DNA of 36,411 bases from Craspedostauros australis. Lineage: Eukaryota. Positions 1-9,071 of the stretch are shown here, piece after piece. A program made the position numbers and the translations under genes. Location of the stretch: the NCBI GenBank assembly GCA_030167865.1, contig JALAGF010003503.1, forward strand, positions 1 to 36,411. Reading direction: 5' to 3'. Each line of letters opens with the position of its first letter. Position 1 is the first letter of the stretch. The notes beneath the pieces were generated by a model, which worked only from the letters and a program-made list of their open reading frames with translations, was not told the origin of the DNA and made no database searches.

Positions 1-636
1 CGGATGAGGCGAATCGTCCAGTGATCGGATTGCTTGCTGTGCCATCAACGCACGATACAGCTTTGGCGGTGTGTGCATACCCAACTTCGCGAATGACGAT
101 TGGATGAGATGTGCCACGCGCATCAAGAAGTTGATGAATGCATCCCACCCTCCGATCACAGCATGCCCGGCTGCCTCTTTCGTATCCCGCGTGAGGAGGA
201 AGTACTTGCACATGCGACGTTCGCGAATGCCGTGCATGGTATCGTTGAACATGGTCTTGCTGGTGAGGCAGCACCGCATGAGCGTCTTGAAGTCGCAGAA
301 TCCGGATCCATGCGCGATGAAGATGTCAAAGACCAATCGTGCCTCGGTCATCTTTTCCTTGCTGTCGCTGCTGTTGCTGCTGACAATGGACGACTTGCAT
401 TCTGCGGTCCCGCCTTGATTCGCAGCAGTGCTCGGAACATTGTTGGCGCTTCTCTTCGTATCTTTGACGACACAAGGATCAAGACGAAGAGGTTCGAGAT
501 GCCCCACCGCTTCCCACATCCTCCAAAGCGCCGTTGCCTCCAGACAGTCCTCCTCATCGCTCTCGGAAGGCTCTGGCATCGTCGTCGGTACTTCCGCCTC
601 TGCCTGGCGCTTACGCTTGAGGTCTGCTCGATCCAT
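1..636 (-). CDS. Partial (3'-truncated by window edge) protein with an F-box-like motif
   Basis: Manual translation from ATG 636 gives 212 codons with no stop down to position 1 (MDRADLKRKRQAEAEVPTTMPEPSESDEED...). It has an NLS-like KRKR, and LVFDIFIAHGSGFCDFKTLMRCCLTSKTMF resembles an F-box core (L..I...FLD..TL.RC.L.SK). Absent from the ORF track; the + strand ORFs at 71-885 are its antisense shadows. Confidence 0.65.
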   Translation of the reverse strand, partial: MDRADLKRKRQAEAEVPTTMPEPSESDEEDCLEATALWRMWEAVGHLEPLRLDPCVVKDTKRSANNVPSTAANQGGTAECKSSIVSSNSSDSKEKMTEARLVFDIFIAHGSGFCDFKTLMRCCLTSKTMFNDTMHGIRERRMCKYFLLTRDTKEAAGHAVIGGWDAFINFLMRVAHLIQSSFAKLGMHTPPKLYRALMAQQAIRSLDDSPHP

Positions 637-1277
637 GGGTTCGATGTTGTGTTGAAGTATTATGCTATTTTTGTTATGGAGAAGTTTGGATGCGATACGA
701 TGAACCCAGCAACGAATGTTCGTAGGAGGTCGCACAAGTATGGTGCAGACTGCGACTATGAGTGCCCACAACATCAAAAGGCAAGAGATCTGCACTCTGC
801 ACAACATCCTTCCGCAAAAGGAAGGCGTGTGTTGTGTTGTGTTGTGTGCAGTTCACACACATGTTCGCAACCAAGCGAACACTGAGATCTTCGACGGAAG
901 GAAAATGCGAACAACGAATGTCGAGTCCTCTGACTGGTATCCACGACTGCGTCATATTTGCGATCGACTGAATCAGCCTTGTCGTCTGTCCATCAGCGGC
1001 TGTGACACCTTCCGCCTTCACAAAACTTCAACGCCAACGAAAGAAACGCATCATCCGCAAGCGTCAGCAACACTCGCATGAACATCAACATCCGCAGAAG
1101 AGACCGAAACGAAGATGACGCAACAGGCGCATCGGTACTCGTACGAGCTAGCGGGGATGCAAACGCAACTGGGACATCGATCAGATCCATCCCGATCCTG
1201 ACACATCCACAATTGCACCCCGTGGAGGAATCTGCTGAGAGAGGCGAACACAAGTACAGTACTGTGCAGCGCAGAAG

Positions 1278-2777
1278 ATGAAGATGATGATTGGCATGTG
1301 CAGTATGTCGAGCAACGTCATCGCCTCGGCTTTCCTTGCGGCAGCCGCCATCCACGCCATCGGCAACCAAGGTCATGTGGAGGCGTTCACGTTGTCGTCG
1401 GCCTCGACAAGGCAGCTATCAGTGACGGCAGCCACCATAACGACAGATCTCTCCGCCATGAAGAAGCAGTCCCGAACCATGGACGCAGCGACAGCGGAAC
1501 GATTGGAAAAGGAAGAAGAGGTGGCCGGGATCCCGGGAGCCCAGTTCTTCGGTGGCAACAAGCAGAAGGCAGAGCTATATGATCCAGTGGCGGAAGAGCA
1601 AGCCAACGTTGCAGTGTTTGGAGATATGACCAGCACTGATGACGACGGCGATACCACGTACGGTCGCTTCCAGGATGCGACGGCCTTCACAGACGAGCGC
1701 GTGGCTGCGATTGCCGAATCCCTTCAGATTCAGATCAATGCGGCGTTGTATGAAGGCGCCGAACAGCCTGAGTCCCTGACGGTGCAGTACGCACCATCAA
1801 CCACGTTGCAATGGACGACGCCTTTGGCCGTGGAGGCATCGAGTCCGCTGGGGGAGCTGGAGAAGGCCATCGACTTTTACAATTCCGTAGACGTTGCCAT
1901 CGTCTCGGGAAGCACGTTGGAAGATGGCACCGTTCTGCTGAACTGGGAGGTCGCTCTGCTGTGGCCGGTCTTGTGGGAGGCGCGCGTCATGATCACCGGA
2001 ACTTCCAAACTCACGATCAATTCCGACGACCAGATCGTGCGACAGATCGATTCCCTCAGCGATCCCAGCCAGGGCATGCTCGGCACCATCGGACGTCAGC
2101 TCGTGCCGCGCTTCTGGGATCTCTACCACGCCGGTATGACACCATCCTCGCAGCTCATGCAGCGCATCAAGGCCAAATCATCGCTGTTCGGAGGATACCA
2201 GGTGTACGAAACGGCACCGCGTCTTATCTCCTCACCCACCATGCTCGACACCGGCAACCGCGACGACCGTATCGCCGAATTCCTCCCCAACCACGCATTC
2301 TCCTGCGTCATCAAGACGATGGGACCCAAACGACAGCGCTTTGTCACCGTTTCATCCGTCGAGGTCCGGCTCATACCCCAGGACGACGGCTCATTGCGCA
2401 TCAAATGGGCCATCCCGCTGTCCGTCGAATTCCAAACGAACCGCAGGCTCGCCGTCCCGCCGACTGGTTCTGAGTCCGACCTTGACCCCGACTTTGCCTA
2501 CGAGTACGAACCCAAGCGGCTCGTCGCCACCGTGGCCTACGGCGGTGGCGTGCAGGACCCCGAGGTGTCCGATCTGCGAAAAAAGCTGTACGAGAAGGTC
2601 ACGAAGGATGGCTACCAGCCCAAGTTGGATGCCAACGGCCGTCCGCAATTCTTCTTCGTGCAGAACGCCGCCAAGTCGTGCTTTGAGCCGGACGGAGGAT
2701 TGGGCATGGTCGTGTACGAGTGGCGCGCGCCATTGACGAAGCCCAACGAGATTGGTATCGAGTTGGAGCAGCAATAG
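1278..2777 (+). CDS. Plastid-targeted DUF2358 (NTF2/SnoaL-like) + SOUL heme-binding-like protein
   Basis: 499-aa ORF with strong C/G third-position codon bias; the true start may be ATG 1305. A signal-like hydrophobic stretch is followed by VEA|FTL (ASAF-type motif) and a Ser/Thr-rich transit peptide. Central WEVALLWPVLWEARVMITGTSKLTINSDDQIVRQID resembles DUF2358. C-terminal KRLVATVAYGG...LRKKL...YEWRAPLTKPNEIGIEL resembles SOUL. Confidence 0.75.
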   Translation: MKMMIGMCSMSSNVIASAFLAAAAIHAIGNQGHVEAFTLSSASTRQLSVTAATITTDLSAMKKQSRTMDAATAERLEKEEEVAGIPGAQFFGGNKQKAELYDPVAEEQANVAVFGDMTSTDDDGDTTYGRFQDATAFTDERVAAIAESLQIQINAALYEGAEQPESLTVQYAPSTTLQWTTPLAVEASSPLGELEKAIDFYNSVDVAIVSGSTLEDGTVLLNWEVALLWPVLWEARVMITGTSKLTINSDDQIVRQIDSLSDPSQGMLGTIGRQLVPRFWDLYHAGMTPSSQLMQRIKAKSSLFGGYQVYETAPRLISSPTMLDTGNRDDRIAEFLPNHAFSCVIKTMGPKRQRFVTVSSVEVRLIPQDDGSLRIKWAIPLSVEFQTNRRLAVPPTGSESDLDPDFAYEYEPKRLVATVAYGGGVQDPEVSDLRKKLYEKVTKDGYQPKLDANGRPQFFFVQNAAKSCFEPDGGLGMVVYEWRAPLTKPNEIGIELEQQ

Positions 2778-3342
2778 ACTACATAGGTAAACGACCCGAC
2801 GAATATGGTGGACAACTCCACTCGCATTCTAATCCAATTCAAATCAATCAACGGCAACGCCTATGGCAACCAACACAAGCTCTCACTTTGCAGGTGAACA
2901 TGATTCAAATGCCACCAACAAGCATGGTGGTTACGCGTGATTTGGACGACTTTGTTCGATTCAGTGCATTGCAACATACAAATCCATGAATGTGTATAGC
3001 AACCCCACTCTCAAGTACTCCACTATGTCCGCACCTTTGAGGACGACTGCGTGTTCGTTGCTCCCACGCCCACTGGCGAACGCGGTTCCGTGCATGGTAT
3101 GGTACCAATACGTACAGGTACAGCCCACACACTTGTGGGCGTGACATCATCCTGCGAGAACACTCTCATGTTCCTTCGCGCTAACTAACTCCTTCTGAAT
3201 AGTGCAATTATACTCGTACTCGTATGGCATGGTGGCACGCACACACTTCGAGTATTCGTTCATTTGCTTGATTTTCTTTCATGTATTTGCTCACTTCATT
3301 CCATGTCGCTCCACGCCTTGCGATAGCCTTCTATTCCATGCA

Positions 3343-3410
3343 TTCATTCATTCATTCCATTTCATTTATTCACTAATTCATTCATTCATTCCATTTCATT
3401 TATTCACTAA
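3343..3410. repeat. Perfect 34-bp tandem duplication (TTCATTCATTCATTCCATTTCATTTATTCACTAA x2)
   Basis: Copies at 3343-3376 and 3377-3410 are identical; they lie immediately 3' of the stop codon (3412-3414) of the minus-strand gene. Confidence 0.95.
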
Positions 3411-3411
3411 T

Positions 3412-4953
3412 TCATTTTCCAGTCTTCAAGCACATCTGTCGTGGCTTTGAGATTTCGCACAACCAAAAGAACTTGGTGAACATGTTGCCCGTGCCCGCCA
3501 CGTGCGTGAAGCTGCGGTGCTGCTGGAAGATCTCCATCTTCGGGTTGGCCATGGGGAGGAATTCTTGCGGCGTGACGAACTTGCCGTGCTTGGTGCTGGG
3601 TCGCAGAAAGCAGCAGCTGCTCGACAGCGTGTCAGGCACCTGATGGACCTTGCGCTTGCCATTCAGGTAGGACTGGTCGTACAGCTTCTGCGCGTTCTTG
3701 ACAGCGGCTGGCGAAACATCGCGAGGGGTCGGCAGCGGTTGGCCACGGTGCGGGATGAGGACGGAGGATGACGCCCCGTTGGGGTGATCGCTAGGAGGCT
3801 TCTGCAGCGCATGTCGCAACAGGTAGTGGACGTTGCGCATGTGCGGCAATTCGTCGGCCTCGGTGTAATAGATGAATTGGAAGTCGTCCTTGTTGTAATA
3901 ACCCTGGCGCAGCAACTCCTTTGCCGTGACGGACGTGCCGTAGGTGATGTGATGGAAGGTGCGCAGATCCTTCATCAGGTGCACATCGTACATATACCGA
4001 TTCAGACCGCTGTGCTTCGTCACGTAGTCATAGTCGGATTGGTCTCCCACGAACAAGACGACGTTTGGAAAGATGGCCGCAACTGTCTTGACCGTGATGT
4101 TCAAGAACAGCTGGCTTCTGAGCAACGACGCGCCTTCCTCGTTGACCGCGTTGTAGGCCACGATCGCCAAGGTGTGTCCATTGCGCTCCTTCGACGGGTT
4201 GTTGTAGAAGCCGGTGCGTTCATAGTCAACCTGCATCTCCTCCAGAAGCTTGATCGTATCCGTCGTCAGCTCGTCGCTGCGTCCGATGACCTTCTCGAAG
4301 TAGGAGAGGTGATGGACGAAAAAGTCAAACATATCCACCGACTGCAAGTTCCAGCTGTTCTCGCTCATGGCAAAGTCCCCGTACTCGAGCCTGATCTTCT
4401 CGGCCTCCCTGAGATGCGTGGTGTTGATGCGGCTGTTCTCCATCAGACGGTCGGTGGTGACCAACCACGCGGCTGAGTAGCCATCGGTGGGCTGCTCTCG
4501 CGTCATTCCTGCGAATCTCTGGGTGGTGTTCTTTTCTTTGGCGAGGAACGGCACGGAGGATTGCGGAGAATGGAAGATGCTCATGTCGACGGTTCCCTCG
4601 TCGTAGTCCTGGAACGACAGGCCGCGACCCTGCAAGATGTCCTCCTTGGTGTACCCCACGACGACTCGTTGCGGACGCGGACCGGTCGAGAAATCGTGGA
4701 CCGTATCGAACGGCGGCATCTTGAACTGCCTCGTCCATCCCGGCGAGACGATGGCTGGCTGCGCGGCGGGTGGGTATGCAGCTGGGTTCCACATGAATCC
4801 CACTCCATCGTACAAGTCGAAGCCGCTGGACCCGGGCCTGAAAGACACGAGCAAAACGACGCAACCGACGATCGCGATCCCCAAGACGGTCGTCGGCGAC
4901 GGCTTGAACTTGCGAGCGTTCCTCAGCTTTTTGCTTGAACTGATGGTCACCAT
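3412..4953 (-). CDS. Type II membrane protein, putative GT-A glycosyltransferase-like
   Basis: 513-aa ORF with coding codon bias. A basic N-terminus is followed by a single TM (VLGIAIVGCVVLLVSF), a stem and a lumenal domain containing FIYYTEADEL (DxD-like ExD after a beta-strand). The gene is well supported; the function is inferred. Confidence 0.7.
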   Translation of the reverse strand: MVTISSSKKLRNARKFKPSPTTVLGIAIVGCVVLLVSFRPGSSGFDLYDGVGFMWNPAAYPPAAQPAIVSPGWTRQFKMPPFDTVHDFSTGPRPQRVVVGYTKEDILQGRGLSFQDYDEGTVDMSIFHSPQSSVPFLAKEKNTTQRFAGMTREQPTDGYSAAWLVTTDRLMENSRINTTHLREAEKIRLEYGDFAMSENSWNLQSVDMFDFFVHHLSYFEKVIGRSDELTTDTIKLLEEMQVDYERTGFYNNPSKERNGHTLAIVAYNAVNEEGASLLRSQLFLNITVKTVAAIFPNVVLFVGDQSDYDYVTKHSGLNRYMYDVHLMKDLRTFHHITYGTSVTAKELLRQGYYNKDDFQFIYYTEADELPHMRNVHYLLRHALQKPPSDHPNGASSSVLIPHRGQPLPTPRDVSPAAVKNAQKLYDQSYLNGKRKVHQVPDTLSSSCCFLRPSTKHGKFVTPQEFLPMANPKMEIFQQHRSFTHVAGTGNMFTKFFWLCEISKPRQMCLKTGK

Positions 4954-5101
4954 CTTTCAACAGACTTGGGAGTCAGCAGCCTTGATGTTTCTTGATTCTA
5001 TAGAGTTGCTTGTTGGGACCTGCTTTCGCTTGCGGCCGTGGTGCTTTTATGACATGAGGACTTATCGGTCTCTCTGTTCGTGCTCGCACGTACTGTGAGC
5101 A

Positions 5102-5160
5102 GATCGTATGATGGATGGATCGTACGACAGATCGTATGACAGATCGTATGGCGGATCGTA
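5102..5160. repeat. GATCGTA array with 12-bp period upstream of the GT-like gene
   Basis: GATCGTA at 5102, 5118, 5130, 5142 and 5154. Confidence 0.85.
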
Positions 5161-5715
5161 TTCGTTGCCGTGTGGTGCCATCGAACTCTCTCCAATGACA
5201 ACCTCACAGCAACCGAGAGAACAGAAAGCCAGAAAAAGTTCGCGCAACCAACTACCAACTGACCAATCAAACAAGCACCTGTCCGTTGTTCATTTACCCC
5301 CAAACTTGGGTCCTCCAAAACTGCTCCACCAGGAATGGAATAAGGGGATCCCCCATTTACAGCATTTCTGATTCTTGATTGGGCATTGTGGTTGCTGAGG
5401 AAGGAAGGGCTATTTCGTTGCAATGTTCACCCTGTTGTGATACGACAGGCATGAGTGTGAGACATGGTGCCACAAAAAGCTGAGGATAACAGCGGAAATT
5501 GGTGCCATCGCGGTCTCAAAATGTTGTCTTCACGATCAGTGATTGGCGGTTACAATTTGCCACATTTGAAAGTTTGAACCCACACCATCCCCAGAAATGT
5601 GAGGTTGTTTCCAGCGCGACGAGTGGTTGACTGTGCCATGCCATCCTACTTGTAACGGGAGAACATGCATTCTTGTATTGCAGGTATGGAGACCTATTCT
5701 TCATATGATCTGTAT

Positions 5716-5810
5716 ATTTCGTTACTTCATTTGTTGCTTGAATCGCTACTTCATTCGTTACGTTGCCATTCCATTGCGTCATTCCATTGCGTCATTCATG
5801 CGTTACTTGA
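5716..5810. repeat. Degenerate 12-13-bp tandem repeat (TTCGTTACTTCA-like and CATTCCATTGCGT x2)
   Basis: Visible imperfect repeats in AT-rich intergenic DNA 3' of the redoxin gene. Confidence 0.55.
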
Positions 5811-5994
5811 TAAGACGGTCCGTTCATTCTGTGGTTCATGTGTTCACTCGTTCATAAATGGGCACATTCAGGTAGGGACACTTTACCAACTGCCTTGTGC
5901 ACAGCCACCTCCTATTCAATTCATTCGGTGTGGATTCAGGATCCGATTGTGTGCGTAGCAGCTGTGACCCGCGCGTGCATTCAATTCAGTGAGC

Positions 5995-6570
5995 TTAATG
6001 CATCTGGCCACGGGCAGGGTAGTGGTTGGCACGGGCCCACGAGAGACGACCGACCAACTCCTCCATGTTCGGACGGCTGAATGGCGCCGATTGTGTCGTC
6101 ACGAAGAACAGCTTCTTGTTGCCGTCGACCACAAACAGACCCGGTTCCGAAAATACATTGGGCTCGACAGTATCCGGACGACCAGCCGACAGGTAGAGTC
6201 CCCATTCCATGGCCTGCTTGGCCGTGAGACCGTATGCCAATGGAAGCTTCAGCTTTGCTTCGCTCTTATCAGTGACTGCGTCCTTCATGGCGATGGCCTT
6301 CTCCTTCGTGTCCATGGAGATGGCGACGATGCTCATGTTGGTCTTGAGGATGTCAGAGTAGTAGGCCTCGATCTGCTTGAGATGGCCAAGGCAGATGGGG
6401 CAGTGGATGCCACGGTAGAACACCAGAAGCGTGTAGTTGTGCTTGGCAGTGTCCGAGTTGGGTGTGACTTTGGTGTTGGTATTTGCGATGGTTCCATGGA
6501 GGTTGAATGTGCCACCAGAGATGGTTGGGAGGATGAGGGCTGGGACAGCTTGGTTTGGGAAGATGGTCAT
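5995..6570 (-). CDS. AhpC/TSA-family peroxiredoxin-like redoxin (CxxC, PRX_like2 type)
   Basis: Likely start ATG 6570 (MTIFPNQAVPALILPTISGGTFNL), 191 aa. Motifs LLVFYRGIHCPIC, IVAISMD, YGLT...WGLYLS, FSEPGLF, QSAPFSRP and C-terminal YPARG are typical of bacterial AhpC/TSA peroxiredoxin-like proteins. Confidence 0.9.
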   Translation of the reverse strand: MTIFPNQAVPALILPTISGGTFNLHGTIANTNTKVTPNSDTAKHNYTLLVFYRGIHCPICLGHLKQIEAYYSDILKTNMSIVAISMDTKEKAIAMKDAVTDKSEAKLKLPLAYGLTAKQAMEWGLYLSAGRPDTVEPNVFSEPGLFVVDGNKKLFFVTTQSAPFSRPNMEELVGRLSWARANHYPARGQMH

Positions 6571-6673
6571 CTTGAAGGAGGTTGTTGAGTGTAGTTTATC
6601 GTTGATGATTGATTGATTGATTGTTGCTGTTTGGTTTGGATGCAATTTGATGTTACGACATCAAAGGGAGACA

Positions 6674-6720
6674 AGTGGAATTCGAGTGGAATCCGAGTGG
6701 AATCCGAGTGGAATCCGAGT
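6674..6720. repeat. 11-bp tandem repeat (AGTGGAATCCG) x ~4.3
   Basis: agtggaattcg agtggaatccg agtggaatccg agtggaatccg agt; about 100-150 bp upstream of the redoxin start. Confidence 0.95.
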
Positions 6721-6743
6721 GTCATTGTTCACAATCCGCCCAC

Positions 6744-6794
6744 CACCGATCGCCCATCACCGATCATCCATCACCGATCATCACCATCATGATC
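6744..6794. repeat. 14-bp-period repeat with CACCGATC core
   Basis: CACCGATC at 6744, 6758 and 6772, followed by a degenerate copy. Confidence 0.75.
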
Positions 6795-7550
6795 GGTCGG
6801 ACCGGTACCACAGCACAGCATAGAATGGTGCTCATCATTGGTGATCCGTGAGGTTTGATGAGGGGACGTGAGCAAGAGCAAACGCTGCATTCAGACGAAT
6901 ACTCCCGTCATTGATCTGTTCACATGTTGGTTGGTTTGGTCAACGCCGAAGATACCGCAATCCTGCTCAGGTTGGATGCGGGCGGTAGGCGCTGCTTCAT
7001 GATTCCACTCAATTCAACTCCACTCCACTTGCATGTATCTATGATACCGTCGCCAAGCGTTGCAGGCACTTCTCTTGGAAACATGCCGAAAAGTATACGA
7101 CGATGACGGAGAGAATGTGCCGAGGGGAGTGATGCCGCTCACTGTCTTCGTCGATCGATTGATGATGGGTGGCGCAATCGCGATGATCAGTTCGAGGGTT
7201 TCTATTTTACCGCAACTCCAATTGGAGCACTTATTCGCCGCAGCTCCCAGTTGATCAGATTCCTTGCCCTTTTCGCATGACGTCACATGCAATCACGAAG
7301 AGTATCTTCGTGACAACAACAACAACAAGCGCTCCAAAGAACGTGTCTCTTGATGAAGGAAAGGCCGCGTGTTTCCCTCATGATCGTGCTCTTCCAACAG
7401 TGTCACCTCACGCAAACAGAACCCCACCCTCGGCAACTGCGACCCTGCAACAGAGGCGAGAACAGCAGAGAAGGGACACACAATCAGAAGTTGGACGCAA
7501 CTTCGAAACGACAGGATCCACAGAACGAACCAACGGATTGCGCAGCCACC

Positions 7551-8651
7551 ATGATGCGATCATCTTGCGCAAGACTCGTGCGGTCGCTGGCCGCATCAGG
7601 TTCAGCGAGAGCGTATGGCGTTTCGGTGAGTGTGGGGGCTGCAAGAGACAGCATTTGCTTGTGTTCGTGTTCGTGTTCGGCTTCGTGAAGTTGTCATGGA
7701 TGCTGAGGATACCGTGGAGGTTGCATGCAACATCGCGGAAGTTTAATCTGTTTCCACAGTTGTGCTGCAGTGTTCTGATCGTTGTCATCGATGGTGGAGA
7801 TGACGATCGATCTTTCTCAGACAGCCATGGCATGGCGACAGGATGTCAAAGCCAGCAACATCGGTGGGATGTGCATAGCACCCTCAGGTGTTGCTGTACT
7901 TGGTCGTATTGCATTCCCGTCTCTGCACCAGATTCGTCGTTCTTGGAAGCACAAGGGCACATCGTCCATGTTATCCACGCCATCCGCACCATCCTCATCC
8001 ATCGTTTCCACCACACCATCAAAATGCCTCCCATACTCTGCATTCGCAACTACACCGTGCTGACAGACGCCTAACCTCGCCAACAAGCAATTCATCATCA
8101 ATGCGGTGGGCAGCGACCGCCTCGGCATCGTCAGCGACATGACGAAGTACGTCACGGACGTGCGCGGCAACGTCGGCGACTCGCAGGCCGCCCGGTTGGG
8201 ATCCAACTTCAGCCTCATGATGCTCGTCGAGATCCCGGAATCCCAGATCGAAGTACTGAAGGAAAGTTTGAAGAACATGCAGGACATGAACGCCACGATC
8301 CACGAGGCCACCGTCGATGCCGCGGCGCGCACCCCGCAGATCGCCTACAGCGGTAAATTCAAGCTGTCCGGTGCCGATCATCCCGGCATCGTCAACAAGG
8401 TCACGACCATCCTGACGCAGAACGGATTGTCCATCGACAAGATGGAGACGTCGGAATCGATCGCGCCGTACGGCGGCACCATGCTCTTTAAGATGCGCGG
8501 CATCGCCACGGCTGCGGCACCGCTCGCTGCCAACTTTGATATCCAGAAGGTCAAGACGGAGCTCTCCGACTTGGGGGATTCCATGAATTGCGATATTGCC
8601 TTGGTGGATGTGGCGGATGACGAATATCAAGGTTCCTTTTATGCGGGATAA
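7551..8651 (+). CDS. Mitochondrion-targeted double ACT-domain protein, GcvR (glycine cleavage repressor)-like; exons 7551-7625 and 8067-8651, 219 aa
   Basis: Exon 1 MMRSSCARLVRSLAASGSARAYGVS is Arg/Ser/Ala-rich with no acidic residues, like a mitochondrial presequence, and ends at donor G|GTGAGT. Acceptor TGCTGACAG| at 8066 is in phase 0. Exon 2 gives TPNLANKQFIINAVGSDRLGIV (ACT1) and FKLSGADHPGIVNKVTTILTQNGLSIDKMET (ACT2). The ORF-track start at 8106 is a GTG, not a real start. Confidence 0.85.
7626..8066 (+). other. Predicted 441-nt GT-AG intron
   Basis: GTGAGT...CTGACAG; removing it joins the presequence to the ACT domains in frame. Confidence 0.75.
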
Positions 8652-9071
8652 ATAATGATGCGATGCGATGCGATGTGGTATGCTGGGACTTGGTCTTTGG
8701 GATTGGTGAGCGTGCAAGGAACCAATCGATGATCACAACCGCGAAGCGAGGATGCAATGATGTACCATGAGGCGACGGAGATGCGAAAGTCAAGACCGCA
8801 CACTCTATGATTCTTCTAAAAGCAAAGCAAAGCAACCACCATGTTTTATAAGGAAACAACAGCACAACATCAAAAGGTGTCGGTGTCATTGATCCCGCTT
8901 GTCCATGACACAATTGCTCTTGTCCGATTTGCTGCATTCGCTGAACATCAAGAGCTGTGCATGTGTTGGCGTGAGTCAATGCTTAGCTGATCTATGCATC
9001 TTATCTATTCTATTCGAAGTTCACAACAAGGGCTCCAATATATTACATTCGTAGTATGATAGTTATAGTCA

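Noticed and set aside
71-885. Plus-strand ORFs of 115 and 261 aa
   Set aside because: Antisense shadows of the minus-strand gene 1-636, which has better coding character.
2880-3200. Protein-like fragments between the SOUL-like and GT-like genes
   Set aside because: Too short and discontinuous to support even a pseudogene call.
6674-6720. Repeat arrays as CRISPR or telomeric repeats
   Set aside because: No unique spacers, no cas genes, eukaryotic context, and the units are not TTAGGG-like.
8061-8063. In-frame TGA between ORF 7782-8063 and the ACT ORF as selenocysteine or readthrough
   Set aside because: It falls within the intron 3' end (CTGACAG); splicing explains it, and no SECIS or redox motif is evident.
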